64,000 nt of DNA from an uncultured Bacilli bacterium (GTDB lineage: Bacteria; Bacillota_I; Bacilli_A; RF39; UBA660), in the NCBI GenBank assembly GCA_947629255.1, contig CANRDF010000002.1, positions 44 to 64,043 on the forward strand. The letters run 5' to 3'. Positions 8,402-16,753 of the stretch are shown here, one piece after another. Every line of letters begins with the position of its first letter. The stretch's first letter is position 1. The notes under the pieces are model-generated. The model worked only from the letters and a program-made list of their open reading frames with translations. It searched no databases and had not been told where the DNA came from. The position numbers and the translations under genes were made by a program.

Positions 8402-9142
8402 CTATTCACACTCACTCTTCATATCTAATAAGGCAATGGATATATTATCATTTCCGCCTCTTGCATTACATTTACGTACTAATAATTTCACTTTATCTTC
8501 GATGCTTCCTTCTTCATCTAACACTTTTTCAATTTGTTCTATGGTAAGCATGCCTGTTAGACCATCACTGCAAAGAAGGACACCATCCACATCTCTTTCG
8601 ACATCAAAGATATCCATATCAATTTGTTCCCCTGCCCCAAGCGCTTTCATCAGCACATTTTTCTTTGGATGATTTTTCGCTTCTTCTTCAGTTAAGTTTC
8701 CAGCTTCTACTAGTAAACTTACTAAAGTATGGTCTTTTGTTACTTTATGTAATTTGTTGTTTTTCCAAACAAAACCTGAAGAATCCCCAATATTTCCAAA
8801 AATTAAATAATCTTTTGTCACAAGTGCTAGAACTAACGTCGTTCCAAGTCCTGTCGAGTCATGATGATTGTTTGCATATTCTAAAATAGACGCATTAATC
8901 TCACTTACGTTATCATTTAACCAATTTACAGCATCTAATTTTGAACCAATACTGCTCATGGATGAAAAACGTTTTCCAAAATGTGTTACTGCTAGACTCG
9001 AAGCCACTTCTCCTGCACGATGTCCCCCCATTCCATCTGCGACAAGAAGTAAAAGCTCGCCACTTCCATTTTTGACAATCGTGACAGAATCTTCGTTATG
9101 ACTTCTTACTTTTCCAGCATCGGTTAAGTAATAAGACTTCAC
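8402..9142 (-). CDS. stp: PP2C-family Ser/Thr phosphatase (Stp/PrpC)
   Basis: 246 aa with motifs TDAGKVRSHNED, VADGMGGH and GGNDNIS. Immediately upstream of prkC. Confidence 0.9.
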   Translation of the reverse strand: MKSYYLTDAGKVRSHNEDSVTIVKNGSGELLLLVADGMGGHRAGEVASSLAVTHFGKRFSSMSSIGSKLDAVNWLNDNVSEINASILEYANNHHDSTGLGTTLVLALVTKDYLIFGNIGDSSGFVWKNNKLHKVTKDHTLVSLLVEAGNLTEEEAKNHPKKNVLMKALGAGEQIDMDIFDVERDVDGVLLCSDGLTGMLTIEQIEKVLDEEGSIEDKVKLLVRKCNARGGNDNISIALLDMKSECE

Positions 9143-9283
9143 ATGATCACCTCAATCATATTAAGCATATCAAAAATTTGAACTCAAGTAAATTCTTAAC
9201 TGATTTTGTCATTTATTTTTTTCCAAAGTTTCGACATATATTGACATCTTCTTTACATCATATGAAAAAAGAATGAATTATTT

Positions 9284-9970
9284 TCATCGTTTTTCATTTT
9301 TAATGATACGAAGTAATAATTCATCCTTTTTAGCTTTTTCTAAACACTCTTTATAAGCATTCTCAGTAATTCCACAAAGATCCATCTTTCGACATTCTTC
9401 TTTACTGACTTCATTTTGTTTTTGAAAATGATAGATACTTAAAAGTTCTTTGATGTTTCTTCCTTGTAAAAAAGCATAATCATGTTGTTCTAAAGATTGC
9501 ATGAGATATAGAGACTCTGGTAATTCTATTAAGCCATTCATTTTACAAATTCGTCCTGTTTTATCTCTTTTGATTTCCTCATAAAACCAACTTGTGAGTA
9601 AGAAGTAACGAAGTACTCTTTTATATTGAACAGCTACAGCATTTCGATCTTGCCATTTTCCAGAAAAGTAGAGTTCAATGAGTTTCTCATATTTTTGATA
9701 TTCTTCTGGTTCTAAATAATGGTAGAAAGGTTCTTCTTTTGAAGTATCTACCTCATCTGCAAATAAAATATTTTTATTAAATGGAGACCTTGTATAGTTT
9801 TCTAATAAAGGAATACTCTCATACGGAACTTTAGTTGAAGCTGCATAAATTCTTTTCTTCTTCGGAATTTTCTTCATTTGCTCTTCTCGAAATTTTCTTT
9901 TGTCTTCTTCTTTTCCTTCCCAAGTATAAATATCAATGTGTCCATTTTTTTCTTCATAAAGTAACATCAT
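9284..9970 (-). CDS. hypothetical protein
   Basis: 228-aa uninterrupted ORF in the operon-like minus-strand series. No motif recognised. Confidence 0.55.
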   Translation of the reverse strand: MMLLYEEKNGHIDIYTWEGKEEDKRKFREEQMKKIPKKKRIYAASTKVPYESIPLLENYTRSPFNKNILFADEVDTSKEEPFYHYLEPEEYQKYEKLIELYFSGKWQDRNAVAVQYKRVLRYFLLTSWFYEEIKRDKTGRICKMNGLIELPESLYLMQSLEQHDYAFLQGRNIKELLSIYHFQKQNEVSKEECRKMDLCGITENAYKECLEKAKKDELLLRIIKNEKR

Positions 9971-9991
9971 TCATTCCCCCTAGATAAATAT

Positions 9992-10555
9992 TTATTTTTC
10001 TTTTTTTAAAACAGGCTTGTCATTCCAAACATCATTTATATGTTGAGTAAGAGCCATCACAAAAGCTTCTTTCGTTTGATCGATTCGACTTACAACACCT
10101 TTTGTTAAAAGACTTACTCCCCCTTTTCCACTTCTTAAATCTTCTTCTTTAAAAATGTGATCCATCACTTGGCCTAAATCAGTTTCGATAATTTTTTTGA
10201 CATATTGATCAGGTACCGGAAAAGCTGGACTCATGCCCCAACTCTCATAGCCCTCTTTATCTTTAATCACCGCGACACTTACAATGACCCATTTTCCTAA
10301 AGCGTTGGTAATTCCTGATTCAATTCCTAAATAGTAATCAGCATCGATATGATTTTCTATCGCATACTCTCTTAAATGATCTACACGGTTTCTTGAACCT
10401 TCATAAATTTCTAGATTGACGGGTTCTTCTCCGACATCGGAAGGAACCTTAATTCCTTCTATTTCAAAATCTTCAAAATAATTTTGAAATGCTTCTTTCG
10501 CTCCCTTTATTTTTCCAGGATTTTGAGTTCCAATTAATATTTGCACAACGTTCAC
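9992..10555 (-). CDS. inosine/xanthosine triphosphatase (YjjX/DUF84-like NTPase)
   Basis: 187 aa. The pattern GTQNPGKIKGAKEAF ... EPVNLEIYEGSRNRV ... GIESGI matches the YjjX family as I remember it. Confidence 0.7.
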   Translation of the reverse strand: MNVVQILIGTQNPGKIKGAKEAFQNYFEDFEIEGIKVPSDVGEEPVNLEIYEGSRNRVDHLREYAIENHIDADYYLGIESGITNALGKWVIVSVAVIKDKEGYESWGMSPAFPVPDQYVKKIIETDLGQVMDHIFKEEDLRSGKGGVSLLTKGVVSRIDQTKEAFVMALTQHINDVWNDKPVLKKEK

Positions 10556-10560
10556 CTCTC

Positions 10561-11301
10561 TTATGATTTATATCCACCATCTATTTTTATCACTTCATCA
10601 TTAATAAAATCAGCTTCTTCACTTGCCAAATAACAAATAATTCTTGCTACTTCTTCCGGTTCTGCAAATCTTTTTTTATATATTTTTTCTGTTTCTTCTT
10701 CAATAAAATCTTTTGGTAAATTTTTATTCATGTCTGTATTTACCCATCCGGGTGCCACACAATTCACATTTATATAAGGCCGAAAATAATAAGCAAGATT
10801 ATGTGTTAAATTAATGATTCCAGCTTTTGAGGCATCATAATCAATACTCGTTGGAAAAAAGGTATTGATTCCATTTGTACTGGAAACATTAATCATTTTT
10901 CCACTTTTTTGTTTTAGCATAATTGTTCCAACAAGCTTACTAACCATAAAAGTTGCTATTAAATTTGTATTTAATGTATTTTTCCAATCATCTATCGTTC
11001 TATCCTCAAATTCTTTATCTATTGCAATCCCGGCGTTATTGACTAAAACATCAATACGTCCAAATTGATCCATAATTTGCTTTATCATGTCTTTTAATTC
11101 TTTTTCGTCTGTAACATCAGCTTTGATTGCCAATGCTTGCACATGAAAACTTTTTTTTACAAATTTCTTTAATTCTTCGGCTTCTTTATAACTTTCTTTA
11201 TAATTTATAACGACATTGTATCCTTTTTTTGCAAATTCTATCAATGTGGCTTTTCCAATCCCTCTAGAACTTCCAGTCACCAAGACGACTTTTTCTTCCA
11301 T
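10561..11301 (-). CDS. short-chain dehydrogenase/reductase (FabG-like)
   Basis: 246 aa with TGSSRGIG cofactor motif, NNAG, and catalytic S...YxxxK (YDASK). Confidence 0.85.
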   Translation of the reverse strand: MEEKVVLVTGSSRGIGKATLIEFAKKGYNVVINYKESYKEAEELKKFVKKSFHVQALAIKADVTDEKELKDMIKQIMDQFGRIDVLVNNAGIAIDKEFEDRTIDDWKNTLNTNLIATFMVSKLVGTIMLKQKSGKMINVSSTNGINTFFPTSIDYDASKAGIINLTHNLAYYFRPYINVNCVAPGWVNTDMNKNLPKDFIEEETEKIYKKRFAEPEEVARIICYLASEEADFINDEVIKIDGGYKS

Positions 11302-11306
11302 TGCTT

Positions 11307-11723
11307 CTATCTTACTTTCTTTAATAATCTTATTGTTTGCTCATCTAACTTTCCTTCATAATATTTTTCTAATACTTGTTTAAAAATTTCTTCTTTCGTT
11401 GCTTCATAAAATAAGGTCATAGAAGATTTTAATTTTAAATCATCTGGTGAATCCATCACACTTTTGATGTTGTTTGTTGGAATAGAGAAAACGGCTTCGG
11501 TAATTTCCAGTAAATGATTTCTTAAATATTCATTTTCAAAATAAGCTTTTGCTTCTTCTAAATCTTCTATTCCATAATAGTTTGCAAAGTAACTCATGCC
11601 AAGTCCTTTCAACTGAGGAAAGATATACCAAATCCAATGGGTTTCTTTCTTGCCATTTTTCATTTCTTCTAAAGCACTTTCATAATCTCTTTCTTGAGCT
11701 TCGATAAACCGTTCTAAATTCAT
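11307..11723 (-). CDS. DUF1810 family protein
   Basis: Conserved N-terminus MNLERFIEAQERDYESALEEMKNGKKETHWIWYIFPQLKGLG. I place the start at the ATG at 11723, which overlaps the mraY stop (TAATG). The longer ORF-track N-terminus looks spurious. Confidence 0.7.
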   Translation of the reverse strand: MNLERFIEAQERDYESALEEMKNGKKETHWIWYIFPQLKGLGMSYFANYYGIEDLEEAKAYFENEYLRNHLLEITEAVFSIPTNNIKSVMDSPDDLKLKSSMTLFYEATKEEIFKQVLEKYYEGKLDEQTIRLLKKVR

Positions 11724-12715
11724 TATAACCACACTCCATAAGTAATCGCGGCCATGGCAAGTAATAAACCAACGACATAGAATGCTTTTACAATATCGGT
11801 TTCTTTCCAACCTATTTGTTCAAAGTGGTGATGTAAAGGTGCCATTTTAAAGACTTTTTTATGGAATTTACGAATGGCAATAATTTGAATTAAACTTGAT
11901 AATGTTTCGACCACAAAGACTCCACCAATTAAAGCAAGAGATAATTCATGTCTTGTAATAATCGCGACAGTTGCCATCGCAGCACCTAAAGATAAGCTTC
12001 CTAAGTCTCCCATGAAGACTTTTGCTGGATGCGAATTAAAGAGTAAGAACCCAAGTAAAGCACCGACTAACACAAAACAGAAGATAGCCACTTCTTGGTA
12101 TCCTTCCATCCAAGTTGTATTCCAAGTAATAATACCAAATGCAACAAAGGCAATGACACTTAGGCCTCCACAAAGGCCGTCAAGTCCATCGGTAATGTTG
12201 ACCGCGTTACTAGAACCAACGAGTAAAAATAATATAAATAAACCAAAAGTCCATCCCATTGGAATTAAAATTCCTAAAGAAGTAATTTCAAGCTCTGGTT
12301 TTCCTCCATTTTGCATAAAGATATAGAAGAAAATTAACGCAATGACCATTTGAATTAAAAATTTTGTTGCAATACGAAGGCCTTGATTGTTATTATAACG
12401 AACCTTTAACCAGTCATCAATAAATCCTAAGAAGGCATAAGCTAAAAAGACAAACAAAACAATAATTAAATTATGATTGAATGTAATGCTTCCTCTAATA
12501 TACAGTAAAAATAAAGTAATCACCACTGGAATGATAAAAATAATTCCACCCATGGTTGGAGTTCCTTCTTTTTTTAAATGATTTTCACCAATTAAATGAC
12601 TCACGTGTTGTCTTACATTGATTTTTTTTAACATGGGAATAAAAATTAATCCACAAACAATTGCAAAGATAAAACCTAACATCATTGCAAGAGCTGTTTT
12701 TGCTAAAATAAGCAT
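11723..12715 (-). CDS. mraY: phospho-N-acetylmuramoyl-pentapeptide transferase
   Basis: 330 aa polytopic membrane protein with motifs KEGTPTMGG, NAVNITDGLDGL and APLHHHFE. Confidence 0.9.
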   Translation of the reverse strand: MLILAKTALAMMLGFIFAIVCGLIFIPMLKKINVRQHVSHLIGENHLKKEGTPTMGGIIFIIPVVITLFLLYIRGSITFNHNLIIVLFVFLAYAFLGFIDDWLKVRYNNNQGLRIATKFLIQMVIALIFFYIFMQNGGKPELEITSLGILIPMGWTFGLFILFLLVGSSNAVNITDGLDGLCGGLSVIAFVAFGIITWNTTWMEGYQEVAIFCFVLVGALLGFLLFNSHPAKVFMGDLGSLSLGAAMATVAIITRHELSLALIGGVFVVETLSSLIQIIAIRKFHKKVFKMAPLHHHFEQIGWKETDIVKAFYVVGLLLAMAAITYGVWL

Positions 12716-12798
12716 AGTTCCACCTACCTCATAAGTATTATACTAGAAAACAAGGTCTCTTTTCTACCTTTTTATTCATTTTTTTACATATTTATACA

Positions 12799-14712
12799 TT
12801 ATCCTAACATGAGCTTGACACTTCCGCCTTCTTTTACAAATTGATTTTCACTTGGACTTTGATAAATAATTGTCTCTCCACTTCCTGAAAATTCTAGGGT
12901 GTATCCTTTTAAACTTTTTTTAGCTTCTTCCACACTCATCCCAATGACACTCGGAATTCGATAGTATTTGGTATCCATCCAGTTGTATTCTTTTTCCATT
13001 CCTTCGGTGGTTGGTTCTAGCTTTAATACACTGATGGCTGTTTCTAAAATGGACTTTGCAACAGGGGCTGCCGTTTGGCCACCATACTGAATCGCTCCAA
13101 TGGGGTGATCAATTGCCACATAAACCACAATCTCTGGGTCATTGGCTGGCATGAATCCCATGAAAGACAAGATATAATTTCCTACCATATAATGCCCGGC
13201 TTCTACTTTTTGGGCAGTTCCGGTTTTTCCACCAACACGGTAGTTTTCAATGTAGGCATTTCGTCCACTTCCATTTGCAACAACACTTTCTAAGGCATAT
13301 CTTGCAAGTTTACTGGATTCTTCACTAATCACTTTTCTTTTTAGGGTTGGCTCTGCGCTAAAAATGACAGAGTTGGTCTCAGGTTCTAACATTTCTTTTA
13401 CTAAGTAAGGAGTATAAAGATTTCCGCCATTAATGACGGCCGAGACGGCTGCTGCTTGTTGGATTGGTGTCACTGAAATACCTTGGCCAAAACTGGTTGT
13501 GGCAAGTTCAACAGGTCCCATTTTCTCTGGTCGAAATAGAATACCACTTGATTCTCCGTTTAAATCAATTCCTGTTTTTTCACCAAAACCAAACTCATGA
13601 ATATATTTCATAAGTGTTTCGGTGCCGAGTTTCTGACCCAATGAGACAAAACCAGGGTTACAACTATTCTCCACTACGTTTAGGTATGTCTGGGCACCAT
13701 GTCCTCCACTTTTCCAACAGTGAATCGTCGCCCCATCGACATGGATGCTTCCTGAATCATAAAAAGTATCTTCAAATAAATTCACTGTTTTTTCTTCTAA
13801 GGAACTCGCAAGAGTCATAATCTTGAAAGTTGATCCGGGCTCGTAAGTCATCCAAATAGGTAAATTTCGATTAATGGTTTCATTGTCATAATCTTGATAG
13901 TGATTGGGGTCAAAGTTAGGCCTGCTTGCCATCGCATAAATTTCGCCTGTTTTGGGGTTCATTGCTAGAATCATCGCATGTTCTGGAGTAAATTTAGCCA
14001 TGACATTATCTAGTTCTCTTTCGGCTGCCAGTTGTAAATCTAAATCTATTGTAAGAGTTATATTAATTCCATTTTGAGGTTTTTCATATACTTCGGATAA
14101 TTCTAAACGATTTCCTTTGCCATCAGAAAAATACTTAATTGAACCATTTTCTCCAGTTAAATACTCATCATAAGTAAGTTCTATCCCAGATAAACCTTGG
14201 TTATCAATTCCTACATAACCAAGAACATGAGAAAGTAAAGAGCCATAGGGATAATATCTTTTACTTTCTTTTACTAAGTAAACTCCGTCATAACCTAAAT
14301 CATTAATTTGAGATGCAATATCATAAGAAAGTTGTCTTCCTTCTGGATGGACTCTTTCAATACTTGTTTTTTTACTGACATGGGCAAGCATACTCTCATA
14401 ATCAGAGTTTAATATTTCACTTAAAGACCTCGCCACTTCTTCTTTATTTTTAATTTGGTTAGGGATCAAAACTAAAGATGTGGTTGTTAAATTCGTGGCT
14501 AACACTTTTCCGTTTCGGTCATAGATTTCTCCACGGTCTGCTCCAATCGGAAGTTGTCTACTCCATAAAGATTCAGCTAAACTACTTAACTTATCATATT
14601 GAAACACTTGAATATAAAAGACTCGTATCATAATAATTATCAAAATACATAAAACCATTAAAAAGAAAAAACGTATTCTTGTATGAATATCAGAAAAAAA
14701 CATAAAAGTCAC
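12799..14712 (-). CDS. class B penicillin-binding protein (FtsI/PBP2B/SpoVD type) with C-terminal PASTA domain
   Basis: 637 aa. N-terminal TM, transpeptidase motifs STFK, SCN and KTGT, and a C-terminal PASTA-like segment (IPSVIGMSVEEAKKSL..). Confidence 0.9.
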   Translation of the reverse strand: MTFMFFSDIHTRIRFFFLMVLCILIIIMIRVFYIQVFQYDKLSSLAESLWSRQLPIGADRGEIYDRNGKVLATNLTTTSLVLIPNQIKNKEEVARSLSEILNSDYESMLAHVSKKTSIERVHPEGRQLSYDIASQINDLGYDGVYLVKESKRYYPYGSLLSHVLGYVGIDNQGLSGIELTYDEYLTGENGSIKYFSDGKGNRLELSEVYEKPQNGINITLTIDLDLQLAAERELDNVMAKFTPEHAMILAMNPKTGEIYAMASRPNFDPNHYQDYDNETINRNLPIWMTYEPGSTFKIMTLASSLEEKTVNLFEDTFYDSGSIHVDGATIHCWKSGGHGAQTYLNVVENSCNPGFVSLGQKLGTETLMKYIHEFGFGEKTGIDLNGESSGILFRPEKMGPVELATTSFGQGISVTPIQQAAAVSAVINGGNLYTPYLVKEMLEPETNSVIFSAEPTLKRKVISEESSKLARYALESVVANGSGRNAYIENYRVGGKTGTAQKVEAGHYMVGNYILSFMGFMPANDPEIVVYVAIDHPIGAIQYGGQTAAPVAKSILETAISVLKLEPTTEGMEKEYNWMDTKYYRIPSVIGMSVEEAKKSLKGYTLEFSGSGETIIYQSPSENQFVKEGGSVKLMLG

Positions 14713-14823
14713 CTAGTACATTTTATGTTTCATTTTCAGGAATATAAGTTATCGATTCACACTTATATTCAAAACTTTTTCAGCAGGTTCTTCTAATTTA
14801 GCAATTTTTCCCCGAAATCATTC

Positions 14824-15172
14824 CTATAATTTTTCTATTTTGCTTTTTATAAATTCATCGATTACGTTAGAATCCTTTTTTATCCATTTATAATTGTCAT
14901 GTTCAAAACTCAAGCTTATATCTAAGTCCTTATTCGGAACATCAATTAAAAAATCTAATTCAATATAATGATATTTTTCGTGGTTTTCTTTTATTTTATC
15001 ATAAAAATGCACTAGCTTAGCTTTTTCAGTACTATGCTTACTCCAATTTCTTCAAAGATTTCTCTTTTTAATGCTTCTAGTATCAGTTCTCAAAATTTCC
15101 ATGCTCCAGGCAAAAAGTCATCTTGAGCAGATCTTTGCACAACTAAAATTCATCTGAACATTTAAATTTCAT
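14824..15172 (-). pseudogene. Nudix hydrolase pseudogene
   Basis: A Nudix box is readable (GAWKF*ELILEALKREIFEEIGV), but the conserved Gly codon is TGA. A later in-frame TAG and at least two frame changes follow (MKFKCSDEF -> VVQRS..; ..KKLS* -> HFYDKIK..). Confidence 0.6.
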
Positions 15173-15177
15173 ATGAT

Positions 15178-15930
15178 TTATCCTCCTAATTCAAAATCAA
15201 GCATTTCCTTTGCAACACTTTCGTACAAGTCTTGTTCATGCTTTATCGTATCTATTAAAAACATTTTATCTTCTTTATAATTTTTAAGTCCTCTCATATA
15301 ATAAGGTTTATCATTATCAAGAACAATAAATGGCATGATATGATTTTTTAAACATTCTTTAAACATAATCATTCTACCTACTCTCCCATTCCCATCCCCA
15401 AAAGGATGAATACACTCAAAACGATAATGGAAATCAATAATATCTTCAATCGTTACCTTTTCTATTTCGTGATATTTCTTTAATAATTTATCTAAATCTT
15501 TTTCCACATTTTTTGGTGATGATGTATGAATCACATTGACAAGACCAATTTTATTGGGAACCACTTTAAAACCACCTACATTATATCGTGGATTTTCTTC
15601 ATCTGTCGTATTTCTTTTTAACATCATATTCATTTGAATCATGATTTCTTTAGTTAATGGTTCATCAATAATGTCTAAACAATAATCAAAGAGTCGAAAA
15701 TGATTTTTCATTTCCATTAAATCATCCAACTGAATTGCATTATTACTTTTTGGTATAAAAGAATTTGTTTCAAAAATTTCTTCTGTTTCATCTTCTGTGA
15801 GATGTCCGCCTTCTATTTTATTAGAATTATATGCAAAATTCACCTGTGAATAATGATAAATATTTCCTTTAAACTTTGATTTCCGCTGTTCTATAAGCTC
15901 TTCTTTTATTTTATCAATTAACATATCCAT
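15178..15930 (-). CDS. Fic/Fido-domain protein (probable AMPylase, class II auto-inhibited)
   Basis: 250 aa. Fic motif HPFGDGNGRVGR, plus an N-terminal SNKIEG matching the inhibitory [S/T]xxxE[G/N] motif. Confidence 0.85.
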   Translation of the reverse strand: MDMLIDKIKEELIEQRKSKFKGNIYHYSQVNFAYNSNKIEGGHLTEDETEEIFETNSFIPKSNNAIQLDDLMEMKNHFRLFDYCLDIIDEPLTKEIMIQMNMMLKRNTTDEENPRYNVGGFKVVPNKIGLVNVIHTSSPKNVEKDLDKLLKKYHEIEKVTIEDIIDFHYRFECIHPFGDGNGRVGRMIMFKECLKNHIMPFIVLDNDKPYYMRGLKNYKEDKMFLIDTIKHEQDLYESVAKEMLDFELGG

Positions 15931-16031
15931 GCTCCTTTAACAAAATAAGTATAACATAAACAAAACTAACTTACAAATTTTAGTATAACTATTAAATGGA
16001 CATCTTATAAATATATTATATTTCAATTATT

Positions 16032-16351
16032 GATAATATCTTTTACTTTCTTTTACTAAGTAAACTCCATCATAACTTAAATCATTAATTTGAGATGCTA
16101 TCTCATAAGAAAGTTGTCTTCCTTCTGGATGAACTCTTTCAATACTTGTTTTTTTACTGACATGATTCTTCTTTATTTTTTATTTGGTTTGGTATTAAAA
16201 CTAAAGATGTTGTGGAAAGTTTCGTAGCTAACACTTTTTGAAACACTTGAATATAAAAGACTCTTATCATAATAATAATTAAAATACATAAAAACATTAA
16301 AAAGAAAAAACGTATTCTTGTATGAATATCAGAAAAAAACATAAAAGTCAC
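16032..16351 (-). pseudogene. decayed duplicate of the 5' part of the PBP gene
   Basis: 16262-16373 is nearly identical to 14623-14735 (start codon, RBS and first 38 codons). 16032-16150 matches 14253-14385 with about 5 mismatches. Two internal deletions break the frame. Confidence 0.8.
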
Positions 16352-16387
16352 CTAGTACATTTTATGTTTCTTTTTTTAGAATCATTC

Positions 16388-16744
16388 TTATCGAATAATC
16401 TCAGACTGAAAATAACGTTCTTGAAATTCTGTTAAAGCACGAATGGCATCATCAGAGTAATCTTTACCGTCTTTGGATACGACTAATTTATCATCATTAT
16501 CATTTGTTCTATGAATGACTGCAATGACTTTTCCTTGACTTTCTTCCACTGGATCAAATTCGCCTATTAAATAAGCATCTAATTCTTCTCCATCCCCACT
16601 TATCGTATTTGGTATATAACCATAATTTAACATATACATAAATCCATGTTTAGGATGTTTAGTACCAAGTGGTCTATCAATTTGAACCACTACCTCTTTT
16701 CCTAAATAATCTTTCGCATTTGCTTCCATAAACATATCCTCCAT
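16388..16744 (-). CDS. small inorganic-pyrophosphatase-like protein
   Basis: 118 aa. The pattern NYGYIPNT...GDGEELDAYLIG...VIAVIHRTNDNDDKLV resembles the family I PPase core (DGDxLD). Confidence 0.55.
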   Translation of the reverse strand: MEDMFMEANAKDYLGKEVVVQIDRPLGTKHPKHGFMYMLNYGYIPNTISGDGEELDAYLIGEFDPVEESQGKVIAVIHRTNDNDDKLVVSKDGKDYSDDAIRALTEFQERYFQSEIIR

Positions 16745-16753
16745 TTCATTTAT

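Noticed and set aside
11724-11810. The 29-codon N-terminal extension of the DUF1810 ORF.
   Set aside because: It lies entirely inside the mraY coding region. The conserved family N-terminus starts at the ATG at 11723.
14824-15172. Considered TGA-as-Trp recoding (genetic code 4) to rescue the Nudix ORF.
   Set aside because: TGA is used as a genuine stop elsewhere (for example the rsmH stop in the ATGA overlap at 286-289). The gene also has a TAG and frame changes. The TGA replaces a conserved Gly, not a Trp.
16154-16351. The 65-aa ORF reported as a possible gene.
   Set aside because: It is the truncated, internally deleted duplicate of the PBP N-terminus, so it is treated as a pseudogene.
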